Of a stretch of DNA of 18,461 bases, positions 1 to 7,978 are shown in pieces. The translations under genes were made by a program, and so were the position numbers. Within the stretch, counting starts at the first letter, position 1, and every line of letters begins with the position of its first letter. The notes below the pieces were generated by a model. That model was given only the letters and a program-made list of their open reading frames with translations, was not told the origin of the DNA and did no database searches. Source of the stretch: Zymomonas mobilis subsp. mobilis ATCC 10988 (GTDB lineage: Bacteria > Pseudomonadota > Alphaproteobacteria > Sphingomonadales > Sphingomonadaceae); NCBI RefSeq assembly GCF_000175255.2, contig NC_017184.1, positions 1-18,461 on the forward strand. The letters are read 5' to 3'.

Positions 1-26
1 TATCAACCCAATATTCGAGGTGCTTT

Positions 27-257
27 ATGGCAACCCACACACGTGAAAAATTCGCCACTCAGGTTGATATGGAGATACTGAACACGGTTAGAAACCTTGC
101 CCAAAACGAAGGGAGACAGATTCAGTCTTTAGTTGAAGAGGCACTATCTGATCTGATCGAAAAACGGAGACTTAATCAGCCTCGCAGCCGGGTTATGAAT
201 ATCTATCAGGCAAGCCACAAGAATTTTGCAACGCTATACAAAAAATTAGCTGAATGA
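27..257 (+). CDS. Ribbon-helix-helix-like antitoxin paired with a Doc toxin
   Basis: 76-aa ORF with an RHH-like segment (KFATQVDMEILNTVRNLAQNEGRQIQSLVEEALSDLIEKR); its stop overlaps the start of the downstream Fic/Doc ORF by ATGA. Confidence 0.75.
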   Translation: MATHTREKFATQVDMEILNTVRNLAQNEGRQIQSLVEEALSDLIEKRRLNQPRSRVMNIYQASHKNFATLYKKLAE

Positions 258-634
258 GTGAGTTTATCACCCTTGTTGAAGCTTTGGCTATTCATACTGA
301 TCAAATAGATCGATATGGAGGGTCTTACGGGATCCGAGATAAAGGATTATTAGAGGCTGCCTTGTTTCGTCCGCAGACAGGCTATTATAACGATCTTATA
401 CAAAAATCTGCTGCACTTTGGGAAAGCCTTGCCCAAAACCACCCATTCATTGATGGTAACAAGCGAACGGCTTTTGCAGTCACCTATACATTTCTTGCCT
501 TGAATGGTGTCTTGATTTCGGCAGATGCTGAAATGGCCTATAGTTTTATCAGCGAGCTTTATCGAAATAACAACTTTGAATTTGAGATTTTAGATCAATG
601 GCTTCGATTGAATACTGTTAAGCATTCCGCTTGA
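254..634 (+). CDS. doc: Fic/Doc-family toxin
   Basis: 126-aa ORF with the Fic core motif HPFIDGNKRTA and the Doc-like N-terminus (DQIDRYGGSYGIRDKGLLEAALFRPQTG). Confidence 0.92.
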   Translation: MSEFITLVEALAIHTDQIDRYGGSYGIRDKGLLEAALFRPQTGYYNDLIQKSAALWESLAQNHPFIDGNKRTAFAVTYTFLALNGVLISADAEMAYSFISELYRNNNFEFEILDQWLRLNTVKHSA

Positions 635-829
635 TGGCTAAAAGATATTGGTATTTATGGTGACCGTGTTGACCGTAAACGACTTACTACAACCACTGAT
701 GAAGATACGGTTTCTGGTATGTATCCAACTCCAGCCACTGTCCGGCATTCTTTGGGTATGAGCCAAAAAGATACCAATTTTCATATGGCAGAGGACTCAT
801 TCAGAGTGGTGTTCTGTATGCAATTTCAT

Positions 830-1066
830 AGTTAGATAAACTGTTTTAGCGCGGAATAATATGCTTCATTAGGTTCTATAATATTATTTCAATAATGTTT
901 TTTCAGACCCTTTGCGTTCGATGCCATCCAAGCCGCGGGCTTTTTTCACCCCTCTATTTTCGCTCACTCGTATTGGCTCAAACATACCATAAACCCTCCA
1001 TATTTAGCCTTATAAAGCGGCATATAGCTAAAAACAAGCTGGAACCCTCATCTCATTTCATCTCAA
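830..1066. repeat. Copy 1 of a ~237-bp non-coding dispersed repeat
   Basis: Begins AGTTAGATAAACTGTTTTAGCGCGGAATAATAT, ends CCCTCATCTCATTTCATCTCAA; aligns along its length with 11641-11877. Confidence 0.85.
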
Positions 1067-1409
1067 GGCAGCGCATTTAAGCAAATTGTCTGTTTTTAGC
1101 AAAATTGGAGAGTTGAGGCGTTGATTTATGCAGCTCATAAAAAGACAGAATGCCAAGGCAGCTCTCTAAAATCAAAGTCATATTCTGTTATGCAGATTTA
1201 GCCTAAAATCGATGATATTGAAAACGGCAACACGTCTGTTTGACTATAAGGTCAGAATATAAAAAATTATCGAAAGAAGCGAATATTTTCTAACAAATTT
1301 AGGCGGGCCAGATAGGCCTGTTCAAGACATATACAACCCATGTGATTATACTTGTATCATGAAAAGGGTGCTGTAAAATTAAAAATAATTAGCTCCGTAG
1401 AGGTTTAAA

Positions 1410-1646
1410 ATGACATCTATCCCTCAATCATCAACTGATAACAGTGATACCCTTTGGCATAGCATCGTCATCGCTGCTAGCTATGATGACGGTGCCGCTG
1501 CTCAAGAGCACTTAGACGCAGGCTTTCCCGTCTATTATGTTGAAGACGACACACCAGAAGGTCTCCTGATTAAGGAATATCCTGATGGCCATCGTGAACT
1601 TGTTCGTTTCAATGAAACGGGTGATGAAGTTATCAAAACTCTATGA
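1410..1646 (+). CDS. Candidate antitoxin (78 aa) of a zeta-like P-loop kinase toxin
   Basis: Small ORF directly upstream of, and ATGA-overlapping, a P-loop zeta-like ORF (MSLPHLWIFAGPNGAGKSTLAQRYVA). Confidence 0.65.
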   Translation: MTSIPQSSTDNSDTLWHSIVIAASYDDGAAAQEHLDAGFPVYYVEDDTPEGLLIKEYPDGHRELVRFNETGDEVIKTL

Positions 1647-1721
1647 GTTTGCCTCATCTATGGATATTCGCGGGCCCGAATGGTGCAGGGAAGTCTACTC
1701 TTGCGCAACGTTATGTAGCTA

Positions 1722-2568
1722 GGCTCAGGACTCATTCTTTGAGATAGAAGATGAAACTTGCTGCGATATGGATTGCTGACATGAATGTGTGAGCGCACCG
1801 GTCGTATCGTGTTGCGACACGCCGCCAGTCTTTGAGCTTTGCGAACATATTTTCGATGAGGTGACGCTTTTTATACAGATGCCAGTCGTAAGGCGGCTTT
1901 GATTTCCGGTTCTTCTTCGGCGGAATACAGGCGGTGATATTCCGGTCTGCGAGAGACTGTCTGATTTTATTACTGTCGTATCCCCGGTCCCCGAGAATTT
2001 CTTGTGTTTCTTCCGGCAGATTTGCCAGCAGAACATCCGCGCCTTTGAAGTCACTGACCTGACCTGCGGTCAGATGCAGCCGGACAGGGCGGCCCTGACT
2101 ATCGCATACAGCGTGAAGCTTTGAGTTCAGTCCGCCTTTCGTGCGTCCGATATGGCGGGGAAAAGCCCCTTTTTGAGCAGGGAGGCCGCTGTCCGGTGTG
2201 CTTTCAGATGTGTTGCATCGATCATCAGACGCTTTGAACGGCCTGCCTGCTCCGTCAGGGCGACGAAGATCCGGTCAAAGACACCCAGGCGGCTCCACCG
2301 GATAAACCGGTTGTATAAAGTCTTGTGCGGGCCATACGCTTTCGGGGCGTCTTTCCACTGAAGGCCGTTGCGGATCACGTAAACGATCCCGCTCAGGACA
2401 CGACGGTCATCGACACGCGGCACACCATGCGCCAGTGGAAAAAACGGCTTAATCCGTTCCATCTGGTGCTCAGACAGCAAAAACACGTCACTCACAGCTT
2501 CACCTCCATCGGTAAACCTGTGAATCACAACAGCCCGCTCAACTCAAGAAATTAACAGGTCCTGAGCC
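1722..2568 (-). mobile_element. IS5-family (IS427-like) insertion sequence, copy 1, 847 bp
   Basis: Ends GGCTCAGGAC...GTCCTGAGCC, flanked by TA inside CTAG on both sides; encodes an IS5-type transposase in two frames; apparently the same element as 4911-5757. Confidence 0.95.
1732..2528 (-). CDS. IS5-family transposase in two overlapping frames (orfA 2127-2528; orfB in the -1 frame to 1732)
   Basis: orfA: MIHRFTDGG...IRNGLQWKDAPKAYGPHKTLYNRFIRW. orfB frame: RHIGRTKGGLNSKLHAVCDSQGRP...DRGYDS...IPPKKNRKSKPPYDWHLYKKRHLIENMFAKLKDWRRVATRYDR. An A-rich run (CAAAAAG) lies near the overlap. Confidence 0.92.
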
Positions 2569-2985
2569 TAGTTTTTGTCGGAGTATCAAGCGTCCATCAA
2601 TCTCGAAGCCGGGTGGCTGAACGCATATTAAGAGGTGGTCATGCAGTGCCTCCGGCAGATATTGAACAGCGCTTCGGGCGGAGTATGACCCATCTGGCTC
2701 AAGCTATACAAATAGCGCATCGGGTTTTATTGCTTGATAACAGTAGCAAGAGATTGCGACTTCTTGTTAGCTGTGAGAATGGGCGCGTCAAGCATATTAG
2801 CGCCCATCTACCCAGATGGGTTCAAACCGTAGCAGACTCACTTATTGGATAAGAGCCGTTAGCTAAAAAATTTTCTACTTTTTAATAGCGCACCCTACGT
2901 TTTTAGAGCGATATCTTAGAATAGAAAAAGCAGCATATTTTACATTCAAATTACACTTAATGAATATTCAAATAACATTATAATA

Positions 2986-3246
2986 CTATTTTTTTAATAT
3001 ACTATATAAGGCCATACTTATAAGTGCAGATCGACCCATTCCCATAGCTTCAGCGCGTTCATCAACTTTCCGCAAAAGTTCTGGAGCAATGGTGATGCTC
3101 ACCTGCCTTTTATGGCCTTTAGCAATTCCTTTTTCATAAGTTTTTGACTTATTACTTTCTAGTTTTGCATCTGGCGCAGCCGTTAAAAAAGCTGCAGCTG
3201 CATCCTCTTGAGATTGATTAAATTTTATCTTTTTATGAATTGCCAT
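2986..3246 (-). CDS. Ribbon-helix-helix partition/regulatory protein (ParB/CopG-like)
   Basis: 86 aa with C-terminal RHH-like segment KRQVSITIAPELLRKVDERAEAMGMGRSALISMALYSILKK, immediately downstream of parA in the same orientation. Confidence 0.75.
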   Translation of the reverse strand: MAIHKKIKFNQSQEDAAAAFLTAAPDAKLESNKSKTYEKGIAKGHKRQVSITIAPELLRKVDERAEAMGMGRSALISMALYSILKK

Positions 3247-3275
3247 TTGATATTAATCCAATATTATTTGAATAT

Positions 3276-3926
3276 TCATTCAACATTAAAAATACTATCA
3301 ACCAATATATTTATTTCAGCGATAGCTTTTTGATCTCGCGGTAAACTTTCAACAACAGACAAACCTGCGCCTCCAGCATTACTAAAAGCTTTCCGACGAC
3401 GAATAGGTGTTGGCAGATAGGTAAATTGTGGAAGATCAGCTAAAGCTGCCTCAGCGTCAGCATTATCACTTGAGTTAGCACCTGGGTCAGCTTGGTTCAT
3501 CACAGCCAATGAACGCAAACCATCACGGACGCTGCGAGCTTCATCAACCAAATTTGCCATATCATCCAATGCCCAGACATCATAAGAACGAGGAGCAAAA
3601 GGAACAAGAAGCGTATCTGCCAAGATCAGCGAAGCTCTCAAAGCCGTTGAATCTCGACCTCCGACATCGATAATAATGTCTTCCCATTTATGAGCCTGTT
3701 GCTGAACCTGCGCTCTAAGCTGTGCTCCATCAGCGTATTGCGCACAGGCAATTCCTGGAAGCTTTTGCGCTTCGGCACGGGCAGCTATAGCAGCGGCAGC
3801 TGTTCCTTGGCGATCACCATCAATGAGCCATACATCGCGACCAGCCAAGGCTCTAGCTATGGCTATCTGCACGGCAAGCGTTGTCTTGCCGACACCGCCT
3901 TTCGTATTGGCAATAGAAATAATCAC
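3276..3926 (-). CDS. parA: ParA-family partition ATPase (small, ParA Ib/VirC1-like)
   Basis: 216 aa with deviant Walker A (NTKGGVGKTTLAVQIA) and DGDRQGTA. Confidence 0.93.
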   Translation of the reverse strand: MIISIANTKGGVGKTTLAVQIAIARALAGRDVWLIDGDRQGTAAAAIAARAEAQKLPGIACAQYADGAQLRAQVQQQAHKWEDIIIDVGGRDSTALRASLILADTLLVPFAPRSYDVWALDDMANLVDEARSVRDGLRSLAVMNQADPGANSSDNADAEAALADLPQFTYLPTPIRRRKAFSNAGGAGLSVVESLPRDQKAIAEINILVDSIFNVE

Positions 3927-4123
3927 AAAATAACCTATAATGAATATTCAAGATACATTCTTTATATGTTCATTATATTGTTAAATCAATATTGATTATA
4001 CATCATATTGAATATTCAAAATACATTAAAATAATATTAAAAATATTTATAAAGATTCTCAAAAAATGTAATGACATTGACATTACAAAAGGTTATATTA
4101 AATGGTATTCAAGGAGCCCACTT

Positions 4124-4910
<787 letters not shown>

Positions 4911-4911
<1 letters not shown>

Positions 4912-5757
4912 GCTCAGGACCTGTTAATTTCTTGAGTTGAGCGGGCTGTTGTGATTCACAGGTTTACCGATGGAGGTGAAGCTGTGAGTGACGTGTTTTT
5001 GCTGTCTGAGCACCAGATGGAACGGATTAAGCCGTTTTTTCCACTGGCGCATGGTGTGCCGCGTGTCGATGACCGTCGTGTCCTGAGCGGGATCGTTTAC
5101 GTGATCCGCAACGGCCTTCAGTGGAAAGACGCCCCGAAAGCGTATGGCCCGCACAAGACTTTATACAACCGGTTTATCCGGTGGAGCCGCCTGGGTGTCT
5201 TTGACCGGATCTTCGTCGCCCTGACGGAGCAGGCAGGCCGTTCAAAGCGTCTGATGATCGATGCAACACATCTGAAAGCACACCGGACAGCGGCCTCCCT
5301 GCTCAAAAAGGGGCTTTTCCCCGCCATATCGGACGCACGAAAGGCGGACTGAACTCAAAGCTTCACGCTGTATGCGATAGTCAGGGCCGCCCTGTCCGGC
5401 TGCATCTGACCGCAGGTCAGGTCAGTGACTTCAAAGGCGCGGATGTTCTGCTGGCAAATCTGCCGGAAGAAACACAAGAAATTCTCGGGGACCGGGGATA
5501 CGACAGTAATAAAATCAGACAGTCTCTCGCAGACCGGAATATCACCGCCTGTATTCCGCCGAAGAAGAACCGGAAATCAAAGCCGCCTTACGACTGGCAT
5601 CTGTATAAAAAGCGTCACCTCATCGAAAATATGTTCGCAAAGCTCAAAGACTGGCGGCGTGTCGCAACACGATACGACCGGTGCGCTCACACATTCATGT
5701 CAGCAATCCATATCGCAGCAAGTTTCATCTTCTATCTCAAAGAATGAGTCCTGAGCC
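4911..5757 (+). mobile_element. IS5-family (IS427-like) insertion sequence, copy 2, 847 bp
   Basis: Same terminal repeats and ORF translations as copy 1, inverted; flanked by TA at 4909-4910 and 5758-5759, in CTAG context. Confidence 0.95.
4951..5747 (+). CDS. IS5-family transposase in two overlapping frames (orfA 4951-5352; orfB in the -1 frame to 5747)
   Basis: The 133-aa orfA is identical to the copy 1 ORF; the orfB frame ends ...HTFMSAIHIAASFIFYLKE*. Confidence 0.92.
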
Positions 5758-6049
5758 TAGGCAATCCAATTCTATCTCTATGAGCAAGTAATCTCGCTAA
5801 AGATGGGGGTATTTCAGCTTCGATTTCTGGATTGGACGTTGCTTTTAAAGAGATACCCAGAAACCTTAATGCTCGAATGACGCGCACAAGTTCAGCGGTT
5901 TCCTTTCCTGTCTCGATATTGGAAACCCAACGGCGAGAGACACCTATTTCTTTAGCTAGAGCTGTTTGAGATAGAGATAATGCACGACGACGCTCTTTTA
6001 TAAGATAACCAAAGTCATATGCCGTAATCAGTTTTCGATCTTTGATCAT
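5758..6049 (-). pseudogene. hipB: HipB-like HTH antitoxin gene, 3' end replaced by IS sequence; no hipA follows
   Basis: MIKDRKLITAYDFGYLIKERRRALSLSQTALAKEIGVSRRWVSNIETGKETAELVRVIRALRFLGISLKATSNPEIEAEIPPSLARLLAHRDRIGLP, then the reading frame runs into IS copy 2 (RLRTHSLR, ending at 5732). Confidence 0.7.
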
Positions 6050-6053
6050 GCCC

Positions 6054-6073
6054 GTGCCTCCTATAGGAGGCAC
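6054..6073. promoter_or_regulatory. 20-bp perfect palindrome GTGCCTCCTATAGGAGGCAC overlapping the hipB Shine-Dalgarno
   Basis: Perfect self-complementarity, just upstream of the minus-strand ATG at 6049-6047. Confidence 0.7.
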
Positions 6074-6120
6074 GCTATCGTTGAAACCGATAAGAGGCAA
6101 ATAATTTCTAGTTTTGCTGC

Positions 6121-6172
6121 AAAGAGGCGGTAGAATTGAAAGACACTGTTGTCTTTTCTCTACCGCCTCTTT
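6121..6172. terminator. Bipartite hairpin (14-bp outer stem, 7-bp inner stem, CTGT loop)
   Basis: AAAGAGGCGGTAGA / TCTACCGCCTCTTT outer arms and AAAGACA / TGTCTTT inner arms; the plus-strand side continues into TTTAATT. Confidence 0.5.
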
Positions 6173-6209
6173 TAATTAAATATTCCTATTGTCATAAGAA
6201 TACGATATG

Positions 6210-6250
6210 CAAATACCTAAATATTTAATTAAAAGATATTTAGGTATTTG
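6210..6250 (-). terminator. 15-bp inverted repeat downstream of relE
   Basis: CAAATACCTAAATAT (6210-6224) / ATATTTAGGTATTTG (6236-6250), perfect arms, adjacent to the relE stop at 6255. Confidence 0.5.
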
Positions 6251-6254
6251 TATT

Positions 6255-6563
6255 TCATTCTAATTTTTTTGCGGCAATATCATAGATTTTTCCATTATTA
6301 CGGACACCGACCGCAATAATAATTAATTTATGCTGGGACGTATCAAGCTGGTAAACTACGCGATATGCCGGCGATTGAAGTTTCAGCTTATAGAATCCTG
6401 CCAGATCGCCTGACAAAGGCTTTGCGAGAGCGGGATTTCTGCAAACTTTTTCTATTTGTTTAGCGAAGCGCTTTTTTACATCTTGTGGCAATTTTTTCCA
6501 ACACTTTTCGGCATTACCATTATAATAATGCACGTCATATGTTGTGTCATTGCAAGAGTTCAT
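6255..6563 (-). CDS. relE: RelE/ParE-family toxin
   Basis: 102 aa: WKKLPQDVKKRFAKQIEKVCRNPALAKPLSGDLAGFYKLKLQSPAYRVVYQLDTSQHKLIIIAVGVRNNGKIYDIA. Confidence 0.9.
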   Translation of the reverse strand: MNSCNDTTYDVHYYNGNAEKCWKKLPQDVKKRFAKQIEKVCRNPALAKPLSGDLAGFYKLKLQSPAYRVVYQLDTSQHKLIIIAVGVRNNGKIYDIAAKKLE

Positions 6564-6801
6564 CGAACGTAACTTTCTTTAATTTTGCCGGTTCTTTAAG
6601 CCGGCTTTTGACAATGGATAATAATTCGGCATCCTCAGCAGAAATTATTTTTTTCCTGATGGGGAGTTTGTTTTCTTGAACGATATATTTAAAGATATCT
6701 CTAATTAAATCGCTCGGCGTTGTTCCAAAATTCTTTATTTTATCATAAGCATTCTCCTTCAGATCCTGATCTATACGCAAACTAATTTGCGACATTTTCA
6801 T
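6547..6801 (-). CDS. relB: RelB-like antitoxin
   Basis: 84 aa: MSQISLRIDQDLKENAYDKIKNFGTTPSDLIRDIFKYIVQENKLP; overlaps relE. Confidence 0.85.
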   Translation of the reverse strand: MKMSQISLRIDQDLKENAYDKIKNFGTTPSDLIRDIFKYIVQENKLPIRKKIISAEDAELLSIVKSRLKEPAKLKKVTFDELLQ

Positions 6802-7018
6802 TTTTCAATCCTTTTGATATTTTTTATTTTAATTTGTATTTTTAATATTAAATAAAATTATTTTAATTTGTTTTTTAATTGTTTTATTTCATTTTTTTAC
6901 TCCAATTTTTTATAAATTAAATATTTTGTGGCACCTGTATAGCATAAATCTACACAAATGCAATACAATAATAGGAATTACAAAAAACAGGTGATTTTCG
7001 GCCAGAGATAGAGAGTGG

Positions 7019-7038
7019 ATATTTCTGGCCAGAAATAT
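7019..7038. promoter_or_regulatory. 20-bp perfect palindrome ATATTTCTGGCCAGAAATAT
   Basis: Perfect self-complementarity; a related half-element TTTTCGGCCAGAGA lies just upstream. Confidence 0.45.
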
Positions 7039-7072
7039 GGGATAAAATAGACGAAAAACTTTGACGACAAAA

Positions 7073-7098
7073 AAGAGCGCCGAATAATCGGCGCTCTT
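7073..7098 (-). terminator. Rho-independent terminator of the hicAB operon
   Basis: AAGAGCGCCGA-ATAA-TCGGCGCTCTT, an 11-bp perfect stem followed on the minus strand by TTTTTTG, 55 bp past the hicB stop. Confidence 0.8.
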
Positions 7099-7152
7099 GG
7101 TTTTACGACATACCCTATAAAATATATGGGACTATATTTGGATTACTACTTG

Positions 7153-7578
7153 TTAGATCATAACAGCTGAATGATGATCTGTTTGTTTTTGAGCTTTTAA
7201 GGTCAAAGAAGCGATCATACCAGAACGAGTTTCTCCTGCCTTTTTGGCCAAGAGATCAAGACGTTCGAGAACTCTTTCAGGTAAAGTAATGTTTACCCGC
7301 TTTACCCTATCACTCAACAAAGCTGGATCTATATTGATAAAACCGAAAGACCATCCTTTATAAGCAGGGTTCTTATATAAATCTGAGATAGAACTAGGTA
7401 CAGGAATATCTTGACCACTATCTAATGTGGCATCGATCCAAGCAGATGCGGCTTCTTCAGCATTGGCAATAGCTTCATCCATCGTATCGCCAGCCGAGAA
7501 GCAACCGGGTAAATCCGGTACGACAATACCAAAAGCCGTAGATTTTGTATCTGGCTCTATAGCAACAGGATAACGCAT
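7153..7578 (-). CDS. hicB: HicB-like antitoxin
   Basis: 141 aa: MRYPVAIEPDTKSTAFGIVVPDLPGCFSAGDTMDEAIANAEEAASAWIDATLDSGQDIP, plus a C-terminal RHH-like domain. Confidence 0.93.
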   Translation of the reverse strand: MRYPVAIEPDTKSTAFGIVVPDLPGCFSAGDTMDEAIANAEEAASAWIDATLDSGQDIPVPSSISDLYKNPAYKGWSFGFINIDPALLSDRVKRVNITLPERVLERLDLLAKKAGETRSGMIASLTLKAQKQTDHHSAVMI

Positions 7579-7587
7579 AAACTTCTC

Positions 7588-7785
7588 CTACAATCCGGCT
7601 TGCTTACGGATAGCCCGAACAAGCCCAACACCAAGTTCCTTTTTAGGATGTGGTATCGTGATATGATGAGAGTAATGAGGATGTCTGAAAACGTGATGAG
7701 AGCCACGTGTTCGGTCGAGTATCCATCCTGCTTTTTCAACTTCTTTGATCAAATCACGACTTTTCATGTTATGTATAATACACAT
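7588..7785 (-). CDS. hicA: HicA-like mRNA interferase toxin
   Basis: SRDLIKEVEKAGWILDRTRGSHHVFRHPHYSHHITIPHPKKELGVGLVRAIRKQAGL. The likely start is the internal Met (MKSRDL). Confidence 0.93.
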   Translation of the reverse strand: MCIIHNMKSRDLIKEVEKAGWILDRTRGSHHVFRHPHYSHHITIPHPKKELGVGLVRAIRKQAGL

Positions 7786-7898
7786 TTATAGATTTGATGT
7801 AATCGCTATAATTTGGTTTTTAAAAATTAGCTTTTTATTACATTATCGATAATGCGAATTGTTAGAAATTTGATAGATTCCCGAAGACCCTAATTCCT

Positions 7899-7930
7899 TT
7901 CTCGCCAAGCCTGTGAGCGAAGCGAGCAGC
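7899..7930. repeat. Conserved ~30-bp element just downstream of rep 1 (tCGCCaAGCCTGTGAGCGAAGCGAgCAGC)
   Basis: Nearly identical to the sequence downstream of rep 2 at ~16042-16071. Confidence 0.7.
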
Positions 7931-7978
7931 GCCGAGATAGTAATGGGCGGTATGCTTTGAGAAGGATAGCTGTAGGTG

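Larger units (their letters stand above)
1643..2852 (+). pseudogene. Zeta-toxin/P-loop kinase-like gene, interrupted by an IS and internally deleted
   Basis: 1643-1721 encodes MSLPHLWIFAGPNGAGKSTLAQRYVA. After the IS, 2568-2852 reads LVFVGVSSVHQSRSRVAERILRGGHAVPPADIEQRFGRSMTHLAQAIQIAHRVLLLDNSSKRLRLLVSCENGRVKHISAHLPRWVQTVADSLIG*, typical of the zeta C-terminal half. The middle segment is missing. Confidence 0.8.
2961..4018. promoter_or_regulatory. Four copies of the palindrome TGAATATTCA around the par genes; candidate centromere/operator sites
   Basis: Exact copies at 2961-2970, 3269-3278, 3941-3950 and 4009-4018. Each is followed on the same side by a similar A/T-rich tail ending (A)ACATT or TACATT. 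Confidence 0.6.

Noticed and set aside
895-1080. 61-aa ORF on the plus strand
   Set aside because: Lies inside repeat copy 1 and is not preserved in copy 2; low-complexity composition.
2152-2555. ORFs of 69 aa and 76 aa antisense to the transposase (also at 4924-5327)
   Set aside because: Shadow ORFs of the transposase; duplicated only because the IS is duplicated.
3690-3995. 101-aa ORF antisense to parA
   Set aside because: Overlaps a strongly supported ParA; no RHH or other family signal.
2941-4025. CRISPR array
   Set aside because: The TGAATATTCA repeats are only 10 bp, irregularly spaced by hundreds of bp, and surround genes. No CRISPR-like direct repeats or cas genes seen anywhere.
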